Source: Takakia lepidozioides | Lineage: Eukaryota > Plantae > Bryophyta | Assembly (NCBI GenBank): GCA_030704615.1 | Contig: CM060732.1 | Span: 62,558,001 to 62,622,000, forward strand | Length of the DNA stretch: 64,000 nucleotides | Direction: 5' to 3' | Position numbers and translations under genes: made by a program | Shown here: piece after piece, positions 63,511-64,000 of the stretch | Layout: the number at the start of each line of letters is the position of its first letter | Position numbering within the stretch: the stretch's first letter is position 1 | The notes under the pieces: generated by a model | What the model was told of the DNA's origin: nothing | Databases searched by the model: none | The model's input: the letters and a program-made list of their open reading frames with translations, nothing else

Positions 63511-64000
63511 CTACTGCTGCTTCTTCTTCCTTTCAAATGCCTCACTGATTTTGCTCCAGGAGCGTATGGTGATGTACAACGGGATCACCACCCATATATT
63601 GTTCATGAAGATATAATAGAACCAATAATACACAGGACTGGGTGCCGAATGCTCCTTGCCTTCGAGAATAACAGTGACAAAGTACATAATATCACCATAC
63701 AGTTGCCCGACTGATACTGCCAACTGGAGTGTGTAATGGTATGTTGTCTGTGCACCAATTGCATATCTGCCCAACCAACATGTACACGTCAGTGTTATAT
63801 TCTTTCTTCTTTTAGGCTAGCTCAACAAAATCACCTCAACCTGCGGTTGTTTCCCCTTCCCCTGTGCAATACTTGAGATCGGTGTCTAGGGCACTTCAAT
63901 TACAATGTACTCGTAAGATGTTGTTTGCCATAACTTCAATTAGAATGCAGAGGAAAGAGTGGTTTACATACACAGCAAGAAGACAGCCAGGGCCTGCCAG
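63511..64000 (-). CDS. HYD1: Sterol C-8,7 isomerase (EBP family), last two exons; gene continues beyond the window
   Basis: LAGPGCLLAV (to 63972) spliced to YAIG...LQLAVSVGQLYGDIMYF...YYWFYYIFMNNIWVVIP...KKKQQ* (63766-63511). Confidence 0.9.

Overview
Eukaryotic DNA from a non-seed land plant (bryophyte-grade, inferred from gene structure and the transposon types present; species not determinable). Seven host genes are visible: a remorin-like coiled-coil gene, a DUF2415-type WD40 gene, a CYP71-clan P450, an intronless OSTC, a DUF4210/Atos-like gene, a small plastid membrane-protein gene and the 3' end of the HYD1/EBP sterol isomerase. Pseudogenes and fragments include PSMD9/NAS2 split by a CRE-clade LINE, an RPS25 exon, ASP/IQ-repeat debris, a PPR motif and a trihelix fragment. 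The intervening blocks carry an unusually diverse set of mobile elements: (1) an intron-containing rve-type DDE transposase next to two tandem Pol III tRNA-like units; (2) a Crypton/DUF3504-type tyrosine recombinase with KxxR in place of HxxR; (3) a group of TTAA/CCC...GGG (piggyBac-like) elements, one of 4.5 kb carrying a SWIM gene remnant and a palindrome array; (4) a Replitron HUH endonuclease; (5) a PHD-tailed LTR integrase; (6) an RLE (Dualen-like) LINE ending in a compact structured RNA; (7) a tRNA-derived SINE with a 13-bp TSD, plus several MITEs. All family assignments come from motif recognition by eye; no searches were run.
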